Source: Felis catus (lineage: Eukaryota). Taken from it: DNA of 64,000 bases. The DNA lies in the NCBI RefSeq assembly GCF_018350175.1, contig NC_058368.1, positions 72,480,001 to 72,544,000 of the forward strand, given 5' to 3'. Both the position numbers and the translations under genes were made by a program. Below the pieces are notes generated by a model. The model was not told the origin of the DNA. It was given only the letters and a program-made list of their open reading frames with translations, and searched no databases. Positions within the stretch are counted from its first letter, which is position 1. Every line of letters starts with the position of its first letter. Below, piece by piece: positions 1-12,188 of the stretch.

Positions 1-27
1 AAATTTTTAAAAACAAAGGAGGAATTT

Positions 28-223
28 GGGGCTCCTGGATGACTCAGTGGGTTGAGCATCTGACTCTTGCTCTCGGTTGGTGAGGTGGAGCCCCGAGTCT
101 GGCTCAGCGCTGATAGCGTGGAGTCTTCTTGGGATTCTCTCTCTCCACACCTCCCCCTGCCCCTCCCCCATTCTTGCTCACTCTCCCTCTCTCTCAAAAT
201 AAATAAATAAACGTTTTTGTAAA
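28..223 (+). mobile_element. CanSINE (older SINEC)
   Basis: GGGGCTCCTGG...CTCAG head, CT-rich region, AATAAA tail, AGGAATTT repeated on both flanks. Confidence 0.85.
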
Positions 224-324
224 AAAGGAATTTAGGGAAGAAGAAATTTGCTTTGAGACTCCACACTTTTAGTCTGTTTCAAACACCTTATTCCATTTTA
301 CCTTCACCCTAATTCAGAGGGGGA

Positions 325-430
325 GACATTGTTATCTGCATTTTAACAGGAGAGGAAACAGGTTCAGAAAGATTAACTTGACAGAGTTCACATGGCCATT
401 AAGTGTCATCGGGAAACACATTCAGAGCCT
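325..430 (-). mobile_element. MIR fragment
   Basis: CATTTTAACAGGAGAGGAAACAGGTTCAGAAAGATTAACTTG resembles the antisense MIR core. Confidence 0.6.
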
Positions 431-874
431 AAGTATTCGTGTAATTTAATCTCCAAGTGATGCAAACAAAATTCTTCAATTTTACTCCGGATGCTCAAAT
501 TCTTATAAAACTAAGCTTCTCTGCATGTCATTACGAAGTGAGGCAGGTATCCACCCCCAGTATTTTTTCATTCTCACTAAATCTGTTGAATTCTGTACAT
601 TCTGTTTAGCGAATTATTAGTCTCCACAATTTTCCTAATTGCCTGTCTGAGTTGCACTACAGGAAGGGTGCCACGTTGGTGCCTCTGTGTTAGGAGACAG
701 AAGTAACCCAACTATGTCAATGTTCTCTAGTGATTTATGTAAGGCTGGAAGGTAATAAGGCTCAGCTGAAATGCAGCTTTATTTTTAGCTCCCATTGTTA
801 CCATCCTGACAGTGTTCCTCTTATTTAAGTCCCAGGGATTCTCCTGGTGGGTTGCTCTTTTAATTGACATTCTC

Positions 875-1005
875 ATTGTATTCATTCATTTCCACCTGTC
901 CATTCATCTATTCAGTAATACAATGAAATGTGAATATTTTGTGCCTACTACATCTGCTACATCATGGATTCAGAAGATAGTATTTTAAAACCTGCTCCCT
1001 GCTCC
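875..1005 (-). mobile_element. L2 3' fragment
   Basis: ATTCATTCATT...TGTGCCTACTAC...CCTGCTC pattern of the antisense L2 tail. Confidence 0.5.
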
Positions 1006-1042
1006 AAATAAATCAGTTTTATTTATTTCTTCTTTCTTTCTT

Positions 1043-1221
1043 TCTTTTTTAATGCGTATTTATTCTTGACGGTTATGGGGTGGGACAGACAGAATCCAAG
1101 GCAGGCTCCAGGCTCTGAGCTGTCAGCACAGAGCCTGATGCAGGGCTCAAACCCATGAACTGCAAGATCATGACCTGAGCCGAAGTTGGACGCTTAACCC
1201 ACTGAGCCACCCAGGCGCCCC
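1043..1221 (-). mobile_element. CanSINE (SINEC)
   Basis: Poly-T, GGCTCCAGGCTCTGAGCTGTCAGCACAGAG body, ends CCAGGCGCCCC. Confidence 0.9.
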
Positions 1222-1259
1222 TCTTCTTTCATTTCTATTTGTTGCTCATCATCCACATA

Positions 1260-1301
1260 GTGTGTGTGTGTGTGTGTGTGTGTACGTGTGTGTGTGTGTG
1301 T
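1260..1301. repeat. Interrupted (GT)n microsatellite
   Basis: Read directly from sequence. Confidence 0.95.
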
Positions 1302-2229
1302 ACCAATTCCTTCATACACAGATATAATTCATGCACACACTCGTGTACACACACATCCACAACAACTCAAAGATGTTACTGTGAACAGGATTTGAGTGTC
1401 ACTAAAATGACCAGGGCATGACCAGCCATCCTGAAGTGTGCCAACTGTTTGTTTTGTTAGTTATATAAGCTGCTGCCCCCCAGAATTTACTTCCTGATTC
1501 TGAAATAACTTTTATTCCCGATAGCTGTTTACACTCTGGTCTATTTCCCCAAATCCCATAATTGTTAAAATATGTTGCTGTGTGACCTTAAACTTGATCT
1601 TTCAACTTGTCTTCTCTACCCGAAAAAGTGCTGGCTTAGAGTTCCATTAATTTGGAAAGTGGAATCATTTGAAAGAACTGTATTATGTGAGGAAATTTAT
1701 CATTGTGGATTACCAAAGCATTATGGAAAGAAACTGAAGGAAATGATTAAGTATATTCAGTTTGCATTATCTTGAAAAAAAAATCAAATATATCAAATGT
1801 AGCAAGTACTAGTTAGATCTAATTTATTCCCCCAAACTTTTCCTATTGATGGTCCTCATATTGCTTTGTAAGAAGCTACCTGAAAAAGTCAGATTCCAGT
1901 TCATGAGCAGTCTTGATCATTATAAAAGAAAGAAATGTCCTGTACAGCAAAAGAACATTTGTCTGGAATGGATGCAACTACATTTGCCGTGGATTGATAT
2001 TTCTGAAATGGCTTCACTCAAAAGAGCACAGTGATTACAAAGGAAAAAACAAGTTTCAGTGTCAACACCCTCTCCTGTAATGGCCTGAGAGCCTATCCAG
2101 CTCCTACACGCTCAACGTGGCCATGGTGCCACGTAGCGTCTAGCCATGCTGCCCACTGCCTGACCATGTGGTACAGATGGGGCTACCATCCCATTTACCA
2201 ATGCTAGGCACCGTGTTGTTCTTCCATTG

Positions 2230-2230
<1 letters not shown>

Positions 2231-2273
<43 letters not shown>
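2231..2273. repeat. (TG)~21 microsatellite
   Basis: Read directly from sequence. Confidence 0.95.
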
Positions 2274-2275
<2 letters not shown>

Positions 2276-3666
2276 AATGCAGGTCATAGGTCTTCTGAGA
2301 GCTATTCCCTAATGTGAATTCTTCACATGTTTTGTATCAAGGATAAACAACAACATTCTGTATTTGTTGATCCTCTGTTTACCGAGTTTCAGAGTTTAGA
2401 GGAATACTGTTTAGAAGCCATGAAATTAACTCCTGGAAGCCATATCTATCTACCTATCGATTGATCAATCAACCTATATATTTAAAAAACTAACACAGAA
2501 GTATGAAATTTCAGTTTGGTAAAATTCACTTCTAATTTTTTCATTTGAAAGATAAAAGGAGATAAGGGCCAGGAGGTAGACTAGTGACATATTTAGATTA
2601 AAAACACAGATATAATTTTTTCTTTTATGCATTTTTCACTATTTATTTAGAAAAGATTTATTGTAGTATATTATGGCAGTCTAAAGTATTTTCATGCTAA
2701 ACAAATAATCATTTCTAAACTCTTTTTTATATGTCAAAACCAAGCATTTTCATCTTTTTCATTTTATCCCTATAAAATAATTCATTCTCTCCATCTTTGG
2801 CATAAGTTTTATGCTGCACTTGAGAAACTAGTAACTCCAGGAGAGAAATTACTATTTAATTTTACGATTTCCTGTCTCCTCTGAAAGGCTCAATACCGGC
2901 TTCAGAATCTGATATCAATACCATGCATTTTTAAGTGATTTCCTAATTCCACTGATGAAATATCATAAAGGATTTTATAGAAAAGGTACAATTTCATTTA
3001 AAGTGAGATCCATAATATTCTGAAATATATTTGGACAGCACATGATTTGGAATTGTTGAAAGATGTAGGACAAAATCTTCATTACTGTGAAAGTAAAAGT
3101 TAGCTTGATGCTTTAACTTAATCACTAATAAACATTTAGATTCACAATACTGCTGTCAATACTATTTTTCATCATATTAGACTAGAATTATTTAAACCTT
3201 GCTTTATTACTTCCACATTTGCTTCTCTGTGATCCTCACTGGGATATTTGATTTAGGTGTTTCTACTTTCCCCAAACAATGGAACCTTTAAGAAACAGTC
3301 TATATCCCTGCTATCACCATTTAGAGCCATTGCCGTACATTTTCTGACTCTCAGTAATTTCATTCATTATGGACGCTTGAAATATGAAAAATATTTAAAT
3401 ATGAAATATGATTCATATTTTAATAACTCTTACTTCCTCAGCCCAAACTTGTTCAATTGATATTGACTTCAGATGGCATAGTGTAGAGAAGACTCATAAG
3501 TGGGTGATTTGGGGAGGAGCTATGGCCATCCTGAACTGGATAATATTCCCCACTGTGATACTTTCCTATTTAAAGGCAAAAGCTTTCCGTCTGCAACCAA
3601 TCACAGTAGTGATACTGTCTCATTAATTCATTCCAGTGCATAAGCAATAGACTACAGCGGGGTTCC

Positions 3667-3685
3667 TGAGGGTCAATGACCCTCA
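3667..3685. promoter_or_regulatory. Candidate IR-1 nuclear-receptor element (FXR/RXR type)
   Basis: Perfect palindrome TGAGGGTCA-A-TGACCCTCA containing GGGTCAnTGACCC; function untested. Confidence 0.35.
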
Positions 3686-5688
3686 ATAACACTCGATGAC
3701 TGGGTGAAGGCTGAGGCTGGGGAAGCCTCCGGAAGTTAGGTAGGGCTCATCACACAAGTGGCAAAAGTGAGGACACATTGTATGTGTTCTTCCCAGTTTT
3801 GCTTGGAGTTGGTGATGCCTGGGGGTGATGCATAAATTTATAGGACTCATTCTTGAGAAAGTTCATGATGCTGCTTTAAATGCACAGGAAATAGAGATAT
3901 AGGACCACATAGGCTGCTCACCCACCCACCCCCACCCCCAGTGATTGTATTAGAGCACAGATATAGCAAAGGGATAGAAAAATCGCATAACATTAGGGAG
4001 GAAAGTGTAGAGATTAAACACTGAGTGAGGAAAACAATAAGAGAACAAAAGTGAATTTGGAGCATAAAGGTGAAAGAGTTTCAGAGATTTCGTCTTCTAG
4101 GTCTAGAGCAGCCACGTTGTTTTTTTTTTTTTTCAAACTGTGTCACTGCATTCATAGTTCATCTGACTTCTTTTGATCTTCATTGGACCAGATCTTAACT
4201 CTAAAAACCTCTTATTCATAACTTCTGACCGCCTTCATGAATTTTTTATTCCGCCACCAATTTTGTTTGAAATGTTGACATGTGAACAAACCTGAGATAG
4301 AAAACAGTGGCTGCTCTGAAGGCTGTATTCCAGCTACAGAACTTGAGAAGGGTCTGTCCTCGGTCACTGCTTTCCCTCCACACAGGCTCCTGCTTCGTTC
4401 CACGCCTGGGGACCAGGCCTGCCCACCAGGTGTGTGAGGGCATTCTCCCGGGTAGTTAGGGATTGCCTGGCATCCTTGCCTACTGGGTGTTTTTTTCTAA
4501 CATTCCCAGCTACTTCAGACTTTTAAGAGTAAAGCTTTTTTCCCCTTTCACCATAACCCTGTTGTTCACTGTTATTGTTAAAGTGTCAGCTCGTCTCTCA
4601 CAAATGGCAGCGTGTTCTGTTCTTTGTTCAATATCCTCATGACAGATCTAACTGTCCTCAAAATGAGACCTCTTGTCTCCAAGAATTTGGCTTCTATAAA
4701 AAGCAGGATTCGTTGTACTTCAAATATTGAAATCTGTTTTAGCATTGTTATTTATCTATGTTTTTGCAATGTGGCTCTGTTTAGAAATTTGGCTTTAAAT
4801 TACATGAGGGTTGAGAAGAAGGGTAAGGACTTCTAGGATAATAACAAAGAGCCACAAAGTCCAACAACCTCTGGAATATAACTGCCAATAAGTTAAACTA
4901 GTACAATAGAAACTCTGATATTTGAAGGTTTAAGTGATCCCATTGACATGTGATGCATATTTATTAGCAATCTTAATTTTCGTTTCCTTTAAAATGATGA
5001 TCTCAAAGGCAGAGTACTAAGGAAAACAGCAATTTGTTGTTTAGAGTCTGTTACATAGTGAGTGATCAATAAATGTATGTTGAATTGGATGTAGCATTGA
5101 ATGCAAAACTTGGATTCAGTGATCCCTAAGATCTCATTCCACTTTGACCTATGATTTTATGATTCGTTCCATGATGAACCAGGTTAATAGGTGGTGAAAA
5201 GCATCCAGATATGTGGATTGTCCAATTCTTCCAACTCAAATGATAGATATCTGCCCACACACCTCACAGACTATTGAGAAAACACACTAGTCTTCACTGA
5301 AGGACAATTTCCTTATTGTATGGTTTATATTAATATCAGATGCCAAAAACGAAAGAGCATGGAATTTCATTCATTAGTATTATCTTTGATTTACTTAAAA
5401 AAAAAGTACAATTCCACTTCCTTTAAAATCCTTTCATGCATTTTTTGCAGCAATTATAGAAATCCACAGTGTTCTGCTTCTGTAATAATGAATATCTGAA
5501 TGCTGATTAGGAGTTAAGGAAAGCTCAACTCTGTTGCTTTCCTTTCTATTCCTACTTGTTTACGTATGTGGACTCAAATGAATAAAAATAACAATAGCTC
5601 ATTTTTATGTAACATTTTAAGATATACTATGTACTTTCTGATAAATGTGGATAATGTATTATTATCTTCTTTAAAAATGAAGAAACTA

Positions 5689-5855
5689 GGGTCGCCTCGG
5701 CACCTCCATTGGTTAAGAGTCCAGTTTCGGCTCAGGTTATGATCTCAGGTTCATGAGTTTGAGCCCTGCAGTGCAGAGCCTGCCTAGAATTCTCTCTTTG
5801 CCTTTCCTCTGCTCATGCGCAGTCTCTAAACATAAATAAATAAACTTCAAAAAAA
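5689..5855 (+). mobile_element. Diverged CanSINE inserted into a MIR
   Basis: SINE head and tail; TSD-like ATGAAGAA(A/G)CTA; flanks join into MIR-like ATGAAGAAGCTAAGTCTCAGAGAAGTT. Confidence 0.8.
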
Positions 5856-6583
5856 TATGAAGAAGCTAAGTCTCAGAGAAGTTGACATTAGACCAGCCCT
5901 ACTCTATAGATAGCAGGACCAGGATTTAGATCCACTTATTTGATTGATAACGTAGGCCATTTTTTGTTTGTTTTTTTTTGCTTTACCACGCCACTGCTCA
6001 TCACAATTTTTACAGGCTCTGTGACCATGTGTAAAGAACTTTAATATCTTTCCTGACCTCTTTTGTGTATACTACATTGATCTTCAGGGAATGTGAACTC
6101 CACAGACGTTACTTGTTTTAGACTAAGCGTCTCTAGGCTAAGCATGTCGTGTGTAGAAAAATGGTAATGAAAATAAAGTGTGGGGTCCTCTACAAGATAA
6201 GACCTGTTTCAAAAGCAAATTGTTTTCAATTTCCTATGGCTCTCCTCCACATGAATTAATTACCAAATCCATCACATACTCCATTTAGGCCCCAGCAGAC
6301 CAATGCAATCGCAAGCACCTGGATTTTGATGGATTCAAGTTTATAGCCCTACGAACCCATCTATCTTATAGGGAATTGTTGCTTTTCTTTACTCCTCATG
6401 ATCAATCAATGTAAACCAGGTATTAAAGAACTTGAGAAAAATGTGCCTTTGCTTTAATGTTTAATATGGTGTTAACGAAGATCCTGGCTATTTGTGATAT
6501 TCATTGTTGAAAAGAAAACATTCATTTCTGACTTCTGACTTCATTGTCTATTTTTTCGTATTTTTTATACTCTCATTGTGAAG

Positions 6584-6730
6584 GTCACGGACAGTGTAAT
6601 TGTGGAAGATGTGACTGCAAAGTAGGCTGGTATGGGAAAAAGTGTGAGCACCCACGTTCCTGCCCACTGTCAGTAGAGGAGAGCATCAGAAGGTGCCAAG
6701 GAAGCTCGGATCTACCTTGCTCTGGAAGGG
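6584..6730 (+). CDS. ITGBL1: Internal coding exon of integrin beta-like 1 (about exon 7; EGF-like/integrin Cys-rich repeat), 147 nt, phase 1-1
   Basis: Translation (G)[48 protein letters not shown](G) closely matches the human ITGBL1 segment as I recall it ([50 protein letters not shown]). T-rich tract and AG acceptor at 6582-6583; donor G|GTAAGT at 6731. Exon number is from memory. Confidence 0.95.
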
Positions 6731-7062
6731 GTAAGTGAGGGCTCTCAGGCCTGTTACCACCTCCTATGAGTCAAATGCACTCAATTCATATATATCTTAT
6801 TTAACAGATAGCTGAGATCCCTGAATATGGAAAGGTTAGTCTTTTCAGAACTAATAATACATCCAGTTTGCATGACTGAAAGTACATGGAGAAATATAAT
6901 CTCTCTCTTTTTCCCTCTCTATTGTATGCGTGCAGGTGCACACACATGCCCACACCTACATGCTCTTACATGATCAGTTTAGCTTTGAGGTCTGTTCAAT
7001 TTCAGTTCAGTTTAGTTCAGTGCTACATTAAAAACAACAACAATAACAAAAAAAACAGTTTT

Positions 7063-8012
7063 TCCCAGGAAACAAAACAAGCAAAACAGAAAAGTAACCT
7101 ACTGAAAGGAAGAGGAAGAAGATATTTGCAAATGATCTATCCATGAGGAGTTAGTATCCAAAGTATATAAAGAACTTGCACTCTCAACACCAAAAAAACC
7201 CCAAACAAATAATTTGACTTGAAAATGGCCAGAGTATCTGAACAGACATTTTTCCAAAAAGACATACAGATGGCCAACAGACACATGAAAAGATGTTCAA
7301 CATCCCTCGTCATGAGGGGAATACAAATCAAAACCACAATGAGATATCATCTCACACCTAGCTGAATGGCTACAATAAAAAAGACAAGAAATAACAAGTG
7401 TAGGCGAGGATGTGGGAAACAAAGGGAACCTTTGTGCACTGTTGATGGGAATGCAGATTGGTACAGCCACTGTGGAAAATAGAAATTTAATTAAAAATGT
7501 AAAAAATTAAAAATGAAATTATCATATGATACAGTATTTCCACTACTGTATATTTACCCAAAGGAAATGAAAACACTAATTCAAAAAGATATATGAACCA
7601 CCGTGTTTATTGTGGCATTATTTACAATAGCCAAGATATGGAAGCAACCTATCAATGGATGAATGGATAAAGAAATGGTATGTATGTATGTATGTATGTA
7701 TGTATGTATGTATATAATGGAATTTTACTCAGCCATAAAAAAGAATGAGATCTTGCCATTTGCAACAACAAGGATGGACCTATAGGGTATTATACTAAAT
7801 GAAATGAGGCAGACAGATAAAGACAAATAGCATATGATTTCACTCATGTGGAATTTAAGAAACAAAAGAAATGAGCAAATTAAAAAAGAGAGAGAGAGAG
7901 AGAGAGAAATACTAACTCTTACAGAGAATAAACTGATGATTGCCAGAGGGGTGGGGTCAGGGATGAGCAAAATAGATAAATGAGATTAAGAGTACACTTC
8001 TTAAAAAAAAAA
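7063..8012 (+). mobile_element. 5'-truncated LINE-1 (ORF2 C-terminus and 3'UTR, carnivore-type), with internal (TATG)n
   Basis: GAAGATATTTGCAAATGAT...GACATACAGATGGCCAACAGACACATGAAAAGATG...ACTCAGCCATAAAAAGAATGAGATCTTGCCATTTGCAACAAC hallmarks. Confidence 0.9.
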
Positions 8013-8455
8013 GTTTGGATATTTGCTCAAAACTTTCTGAATGAGACATTTAATTGTCCACTGACATTTCTGAAACTCATTAACATTACACTGAGGAAGT
8101 TGTTGACTTTTGAGAAAGCATTGTGTAAATAGATGGCCGAATAAGCTGATGCTGTTTCAGAAGGGACGTAGCCTCAGGTGTGGTCTTGGTTCCAGATCGG
8201 GGCACACTGGAAGAGGAGAAAAGCAGCTAGAGGAAAGCTGGTTCCATTATTTTCATTGATCAAAATAAGAAATAACAATTTCACCTCTCACATGAACATG
8301 GCAAAGTTAATATGCAATATGCCTTTGGAGAAACTAGTCATTGAGATTATTACAGATTTTGTTCATGAAAGAGGAAAATGAGAAATACTTTCTTTTACCT
8401 GAGCGCTAGACCAGAAATTTCATTTCGCTTTGCAGTTTTGTCTTTGGAGAAATGA

Positions 8456-8560
8456 ATTTTTTTATTGAGATATAATTCAAATATCATAAAATCCACTCTT
8501 TTAAAGCATACAACTTAGTGGGTTTTAGTATATTTGTTTATTTATTTTAAGTTTGTTTAT

Positions 8561-8602
<42 letters not shown>

Positions 8603-9350
8603 AGTAATCCTGAGCAGAAACCAAGGGTTGGCCGCTTAACCAACTGAGCCCCCCAGGTACCCCTGTTTTCAGTATATTTATAAAATTGTGCAATCCTCAC
8701 CACTACCTCATTCCAGAGCATTTTCATCACCACTAAAAGAAATCCCGTCCTGTGCCTCCTCACCAGTCACTCCCCATTTTCCTTTCTGTTCAATCCCTAG
8801 AAACCAAGGATCTACTTCCTGTCCCGAGGGATTTGCCTAATCTGGGTATTTCAAAATATGTGATCTGTTTGTCTTTGGTTTTCTTTGACTTAGCATAATG
8901 TTGTCAGGGTTTATCCATGTACGTCATTTCTTTTGCTGGCTGGATAATATTCATTTGTGTGGATTTCCACGTTTATTTATCCATCCATCTCTTAGTGGAC
9001 ATTTGGGTCATTCCTACTTTTTGACCATCACGAATACTGTTCTATGAACATTCACAAATAAATTTTTGTGCGGGTATGTGTTTAAATTTCTCTTGGACAT
9101 ACAGGTCAAAGTGGAATTGCTGAGTCATATGGTAGCTCTGTTTAACTTTTTGAGGTACAGCTAAACTGTCTTTCAAGTGGTGACACCATTTTACATTGCC
9201 ACCAGCAGTGCCTGAGAGTTGCAGTTTCCTTACATCCTTCCCATTCTTTATAATCGTTTGTCTTTTTGACTACTTAGAGTTTTCTTTATGTAGAAGACAA
9301 AGTCCTTAAGATTATTTGCTCTGTAGGTATTTTCCCATACTCTGATATGT
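8456..9350 (-). mobile_element. Old LINE-1 3' region (L1MB-like), interrupted by a SINE
   Basis: TTTATTGAGATATAATTCA...CATTCCAGAGCATTTTCATCACC...GGAATTGCTGAGTCATATGGTAG. Confidence 0.85.
8536..8663 (-). mobile_element. Internally deleted CanSINE with (GA)n
   Basis: Tail and (GA)n joined directly to the 5' head; TSD TTT(T/C)AGTATATTT. Confidence 0.8.
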
Positions 9351-9493
9351 TTCCCTAATGGTTATAAGTCGAAGGTTAGGGCATGGGTAGAAGGAAATTT
9401 TCATTTCAGAGATTTTATTTCTGACTTGCCCCATTTTCACCAGTAACCCCAGAGGGGAACTACTGTTCTGTCTGCATTAATAAAATATCATCA

Positions 9494-9709
9494 GGGTGCC
9501 TGAGTGACTCAGTTGATTGAGCATCCAGACTCTTGATGTCAGCTTGGGTCATGATCTAACGGTTCATGGGTTCAAGCCCTACATTGGGCTCTGTGCTGAC
9601 AGTGCAGAGCCTGCTTGGGATTCTCTCTCTTTCCCTCTCTCTCTGCTCTCCCCCACACTCTCTCTCTTTCTCACAAAACAACAACAACAACAACAACAAC
9701 AAAACACTT
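9494..9709 (+). mobile_element. CanSINE with (CAA)n tail
   Basis: Full body; TSD TAAAATATCATCA / TAAAATATTGTCA. Confidence 0.9.
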
Positions 9710-9770
9710 TAAAATATTGTCATTAGAAAGCTTGAGTAAGCCTGTCATGCTTTTAAAGGAACAACGATTA

Positions 9771-9993
9771 GGGGCACCTGGGTGGCTCAGTCGGTTAAGC
9801 GGCCGACTTCGGCTCAGGTCATGATCTCGCGGTCCGTGAGTTCGAGCCCCGCGTCGGGCTCTGTGCTGACAGCTCAGAGCCTGGAGCCTGTTTCAGATTC
9901 TGTGTCTCCCTCTCTCTGACCCTCCCCTGTTCATGCTCTGTCTCTCCCTGTCTCAAAAATAAATAAAACGTTAAAAAAAAATTAAAAAAAAAA
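9771..9993 (+). mobile_element. Young CanSINE (SINEC_Fc-type)
   Basis: CpGs intact; perfect 17-bp TSD TAAAGGAACAACGATTA at 9754-9770 and 9994-10010. Confidence 0.95.
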
Positions 9994-10969
9994 TAAAGGA
10001 ACAACGATTAAAAATTAATGTCCTTCACACTACTGTCATCCATTCATTCATTGTTAAAAGTAACAAATTATATGATAGAAAAATAAGAAAAGCATATAAG
10101 GTATCTCTCAAACATAGAACATCACTCTCTACATATTACCAGTTGTTTTTCATTTGTCTCTAAATTTTTTAATGCAGTGTTAGTGCAAGAAAAGTCCTGT
10201 GGATTTTAATTATTGTGAATGTCAGTCTTCGATAACTCTGACAAACACACATTTGTCTCTTACCTTCCTAGACAGTCACTAATGTATCAGTTACATATTT
10301 ATAGCACATATTTAAAGTTTATTTTATTAAAAAGGAGTTGAATAAATGTATAGAATTATGATACTTTTTATTTCATTTAAGCTTTTTAGAGTACTTTAGA
10401 GATCAATAATAAGCTTCCCTAGTGTCCTTGCAGGGAAAGGAAGGTATTGATGAGTGGAGTGATTTCCCAGGGAACCATCACAAAATATGAGGATTCTGAG
10501 AATGAAGACCAAGGATTTAGGAGAGCCAGTCGAATGCTCAGACCAGTGATCAGAGACCCTTCTTTTCTCACAGCTGCATCTGCAAACTCATTGGCATTGG
10601 ATGCTGTAAAGCAAATGCCCAATCTGAAAACTTTTAAAGGATTAGTTTTGCCATTTATGAATGACAACTGCAGCTGTGGTTACATGAGTGAAGAAAGCAA
10701 TTACAGGGCCCAGCAGTTCTCAAGACGGAGAGCCTCAGCAGCTTGCTTGCTGGGGCCAAGGAAAAAAAAAATTCTCCCAGCAGAATGTATTGATGCTCCT
10801 CAGTGTAGTCCACCTGAGGGGCTAGGTGAAGGCATTTGTGCACCAGAAATTAAATTAGATCACTTGCTTCTGCTGGGGATGACTAAGTGTGATCATTACA
10901 TCTTGAAAATAGGGGAATAATTTAGATAATCTCTTAAACTCTCTATTAATCCTGTTACTCCTTGATTTC

Positions 10970-11140
10970 TTTTTTTTAAGTGTATTTATTTTTGAGAGAG
11001 ACAGAGTGCAAGTGGGGGAGGGGCAGAGAGGGAGGGAAAGAGACCATCCCAAGCAGACTCCGCAGAGCCAGACGTGAGATCATGACCTGAGCTGAAATGA
11101 ACAGTCAGACACTCAACTGACTGAGCCACCCAGGCACCCT
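10970..11140 (-). mobile_element. CanSINE
   Basis: 15-bp TSD TTACTCCTTGATTTC at 10955-10969 and 11143-11157. Confidence 0.9.
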
Positions 11141-11384
11141 TATTACTCCTTGATTTCGATTCCTTATTGCCTATATATATCTTTGTTTAGAGGACTCTCG
11201 TCTAGTCGATTTGGATACACAGTTACTCATCCTAATTTCTGCTCCCAGGGACTGGAGCTAGGAGATAACTTTCTCTAGTCTTCTACCAGCGTTCTGCTCA
11301 AAAACTTGAAATGGCTTCTGATAGGCTACACATTACTTTTAAATTCTCCTTGACCTAAGAATAAATTTTTATTTTTATTGAGGT

Positions 11385-11668
11385 TCTCCTTCTGAGTAGG
11401 TGTCTGGCTTTGGCCAAAACGTGTGAGCAAAATTGATGTGTGTCACTCCAGAGCAGAAGTTTGAGAGGCAGTGAGAGATTTGCCATCCCTCCTGTCCCCG
11501 TGTGGGGACTTGCAGTGTTTGAGATGGTCGCTGATCCGGGAGGCGGGGTCTCTGAATGAGGATTGAAGAGACCTCTGCTGACCCCTGAAGAACTGTACCA
11601 CAAATGCTGTCTTAAGCAGCTGAGATACTACAGTTTTTTGTTACTGCAACAGAACTCCTGACTCATAC
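11385..11668 (+). mobile_element. MaLR LTR fragment (MLT1H/J-like)
   Basis: GCTTTGGCCAAAACGTGTGAGCAAAATTGATGTGTGTCACTCC and terminal TTAAGC...TGAGAT...TTGTTACTGCA motifs. Confidence 0.65.
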
Positions 11669-11879
11669 TCTTGCACATCCAAAATTTAGCGAATGAAGTT
11701 AAAACAAACAAGCAAACACAAAAAATCATGCTTAAACTCCAAGAGATCAGGAGAAAAAACAGTTGAGGTTTATAACCATATGCATATCTTATCACTATCA
11801 ATAAGCATGTGTATATTTTGCAAATGATGTATTTATGCTATTCTGTGAACAGCATTCATGTGTACTTCTTCAACAGGGA

Positions 11880-12070
11880 AAATGGTAAGAACATTGAATA
11901 TATTGTCATTTGTTAATATCCCCCAAACACAATGAAGTAGGATGTATAATTATTCTTCTTTTTACAGAAAAAGAAACTGGAAATTTGAATAGTTTGCCAT
12001 CTTACATAGTAAGTGCCAGAGTTGCAAGTTTTTATACAGACTTTTATTACAAGCCGTCCAACTTCAGAAC
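11880..12070 (-). mobile_element. MIR fragment
   Basis: GTAGG...ATTATT...TTTTACAGAAAAAGAAACTG...GTAAGTGCCAGAG. Confidence 0.55.
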
Positions 12071-12188
12071 TGTTGTTTTAGATTGTGTATTCGTTCTTTT
12101 AACATGCCAATTGGTTGAGCAATATGTAATGACTACATTTCCTTGTTGAAAACATTTTTATGCAAAATCGTTGATGTTGCTGCATCGT

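Larger units (their letters stand above)
1..6583 (+). other. ITGBL1: Upstream intron of ITGBL1 (partial)
   Basis: Ends in the AG acceptor of the coding exon; no other Cys-rich exon seen. Confidence 0.85.

Noticed and set aside
6544..6583. ORF-track N-terminal extension [13 protein letters not shown]
   Set aside because: This is the intronic polypyrimidine tract read from a TTG; the exon begins after the AG at 6583.
9771..9860. tRNA gene
   Set aside because: A- and B-box sequence is the tRNA-derived head of a CanSINE, followed by SINE body, tail and TSD.
10447..10920. 157-aa ORF in non-repeat DNA as a novel nested gene or exon
   Set aside because: No recognisable domain; an ORF this long is roughly expected by chance in six frames of 64 kb; nearby acceptors (10422, 10433) are not in phase with the ITGBL1 exon. 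A BLASTP or PhyloCSF signal would reopen it.
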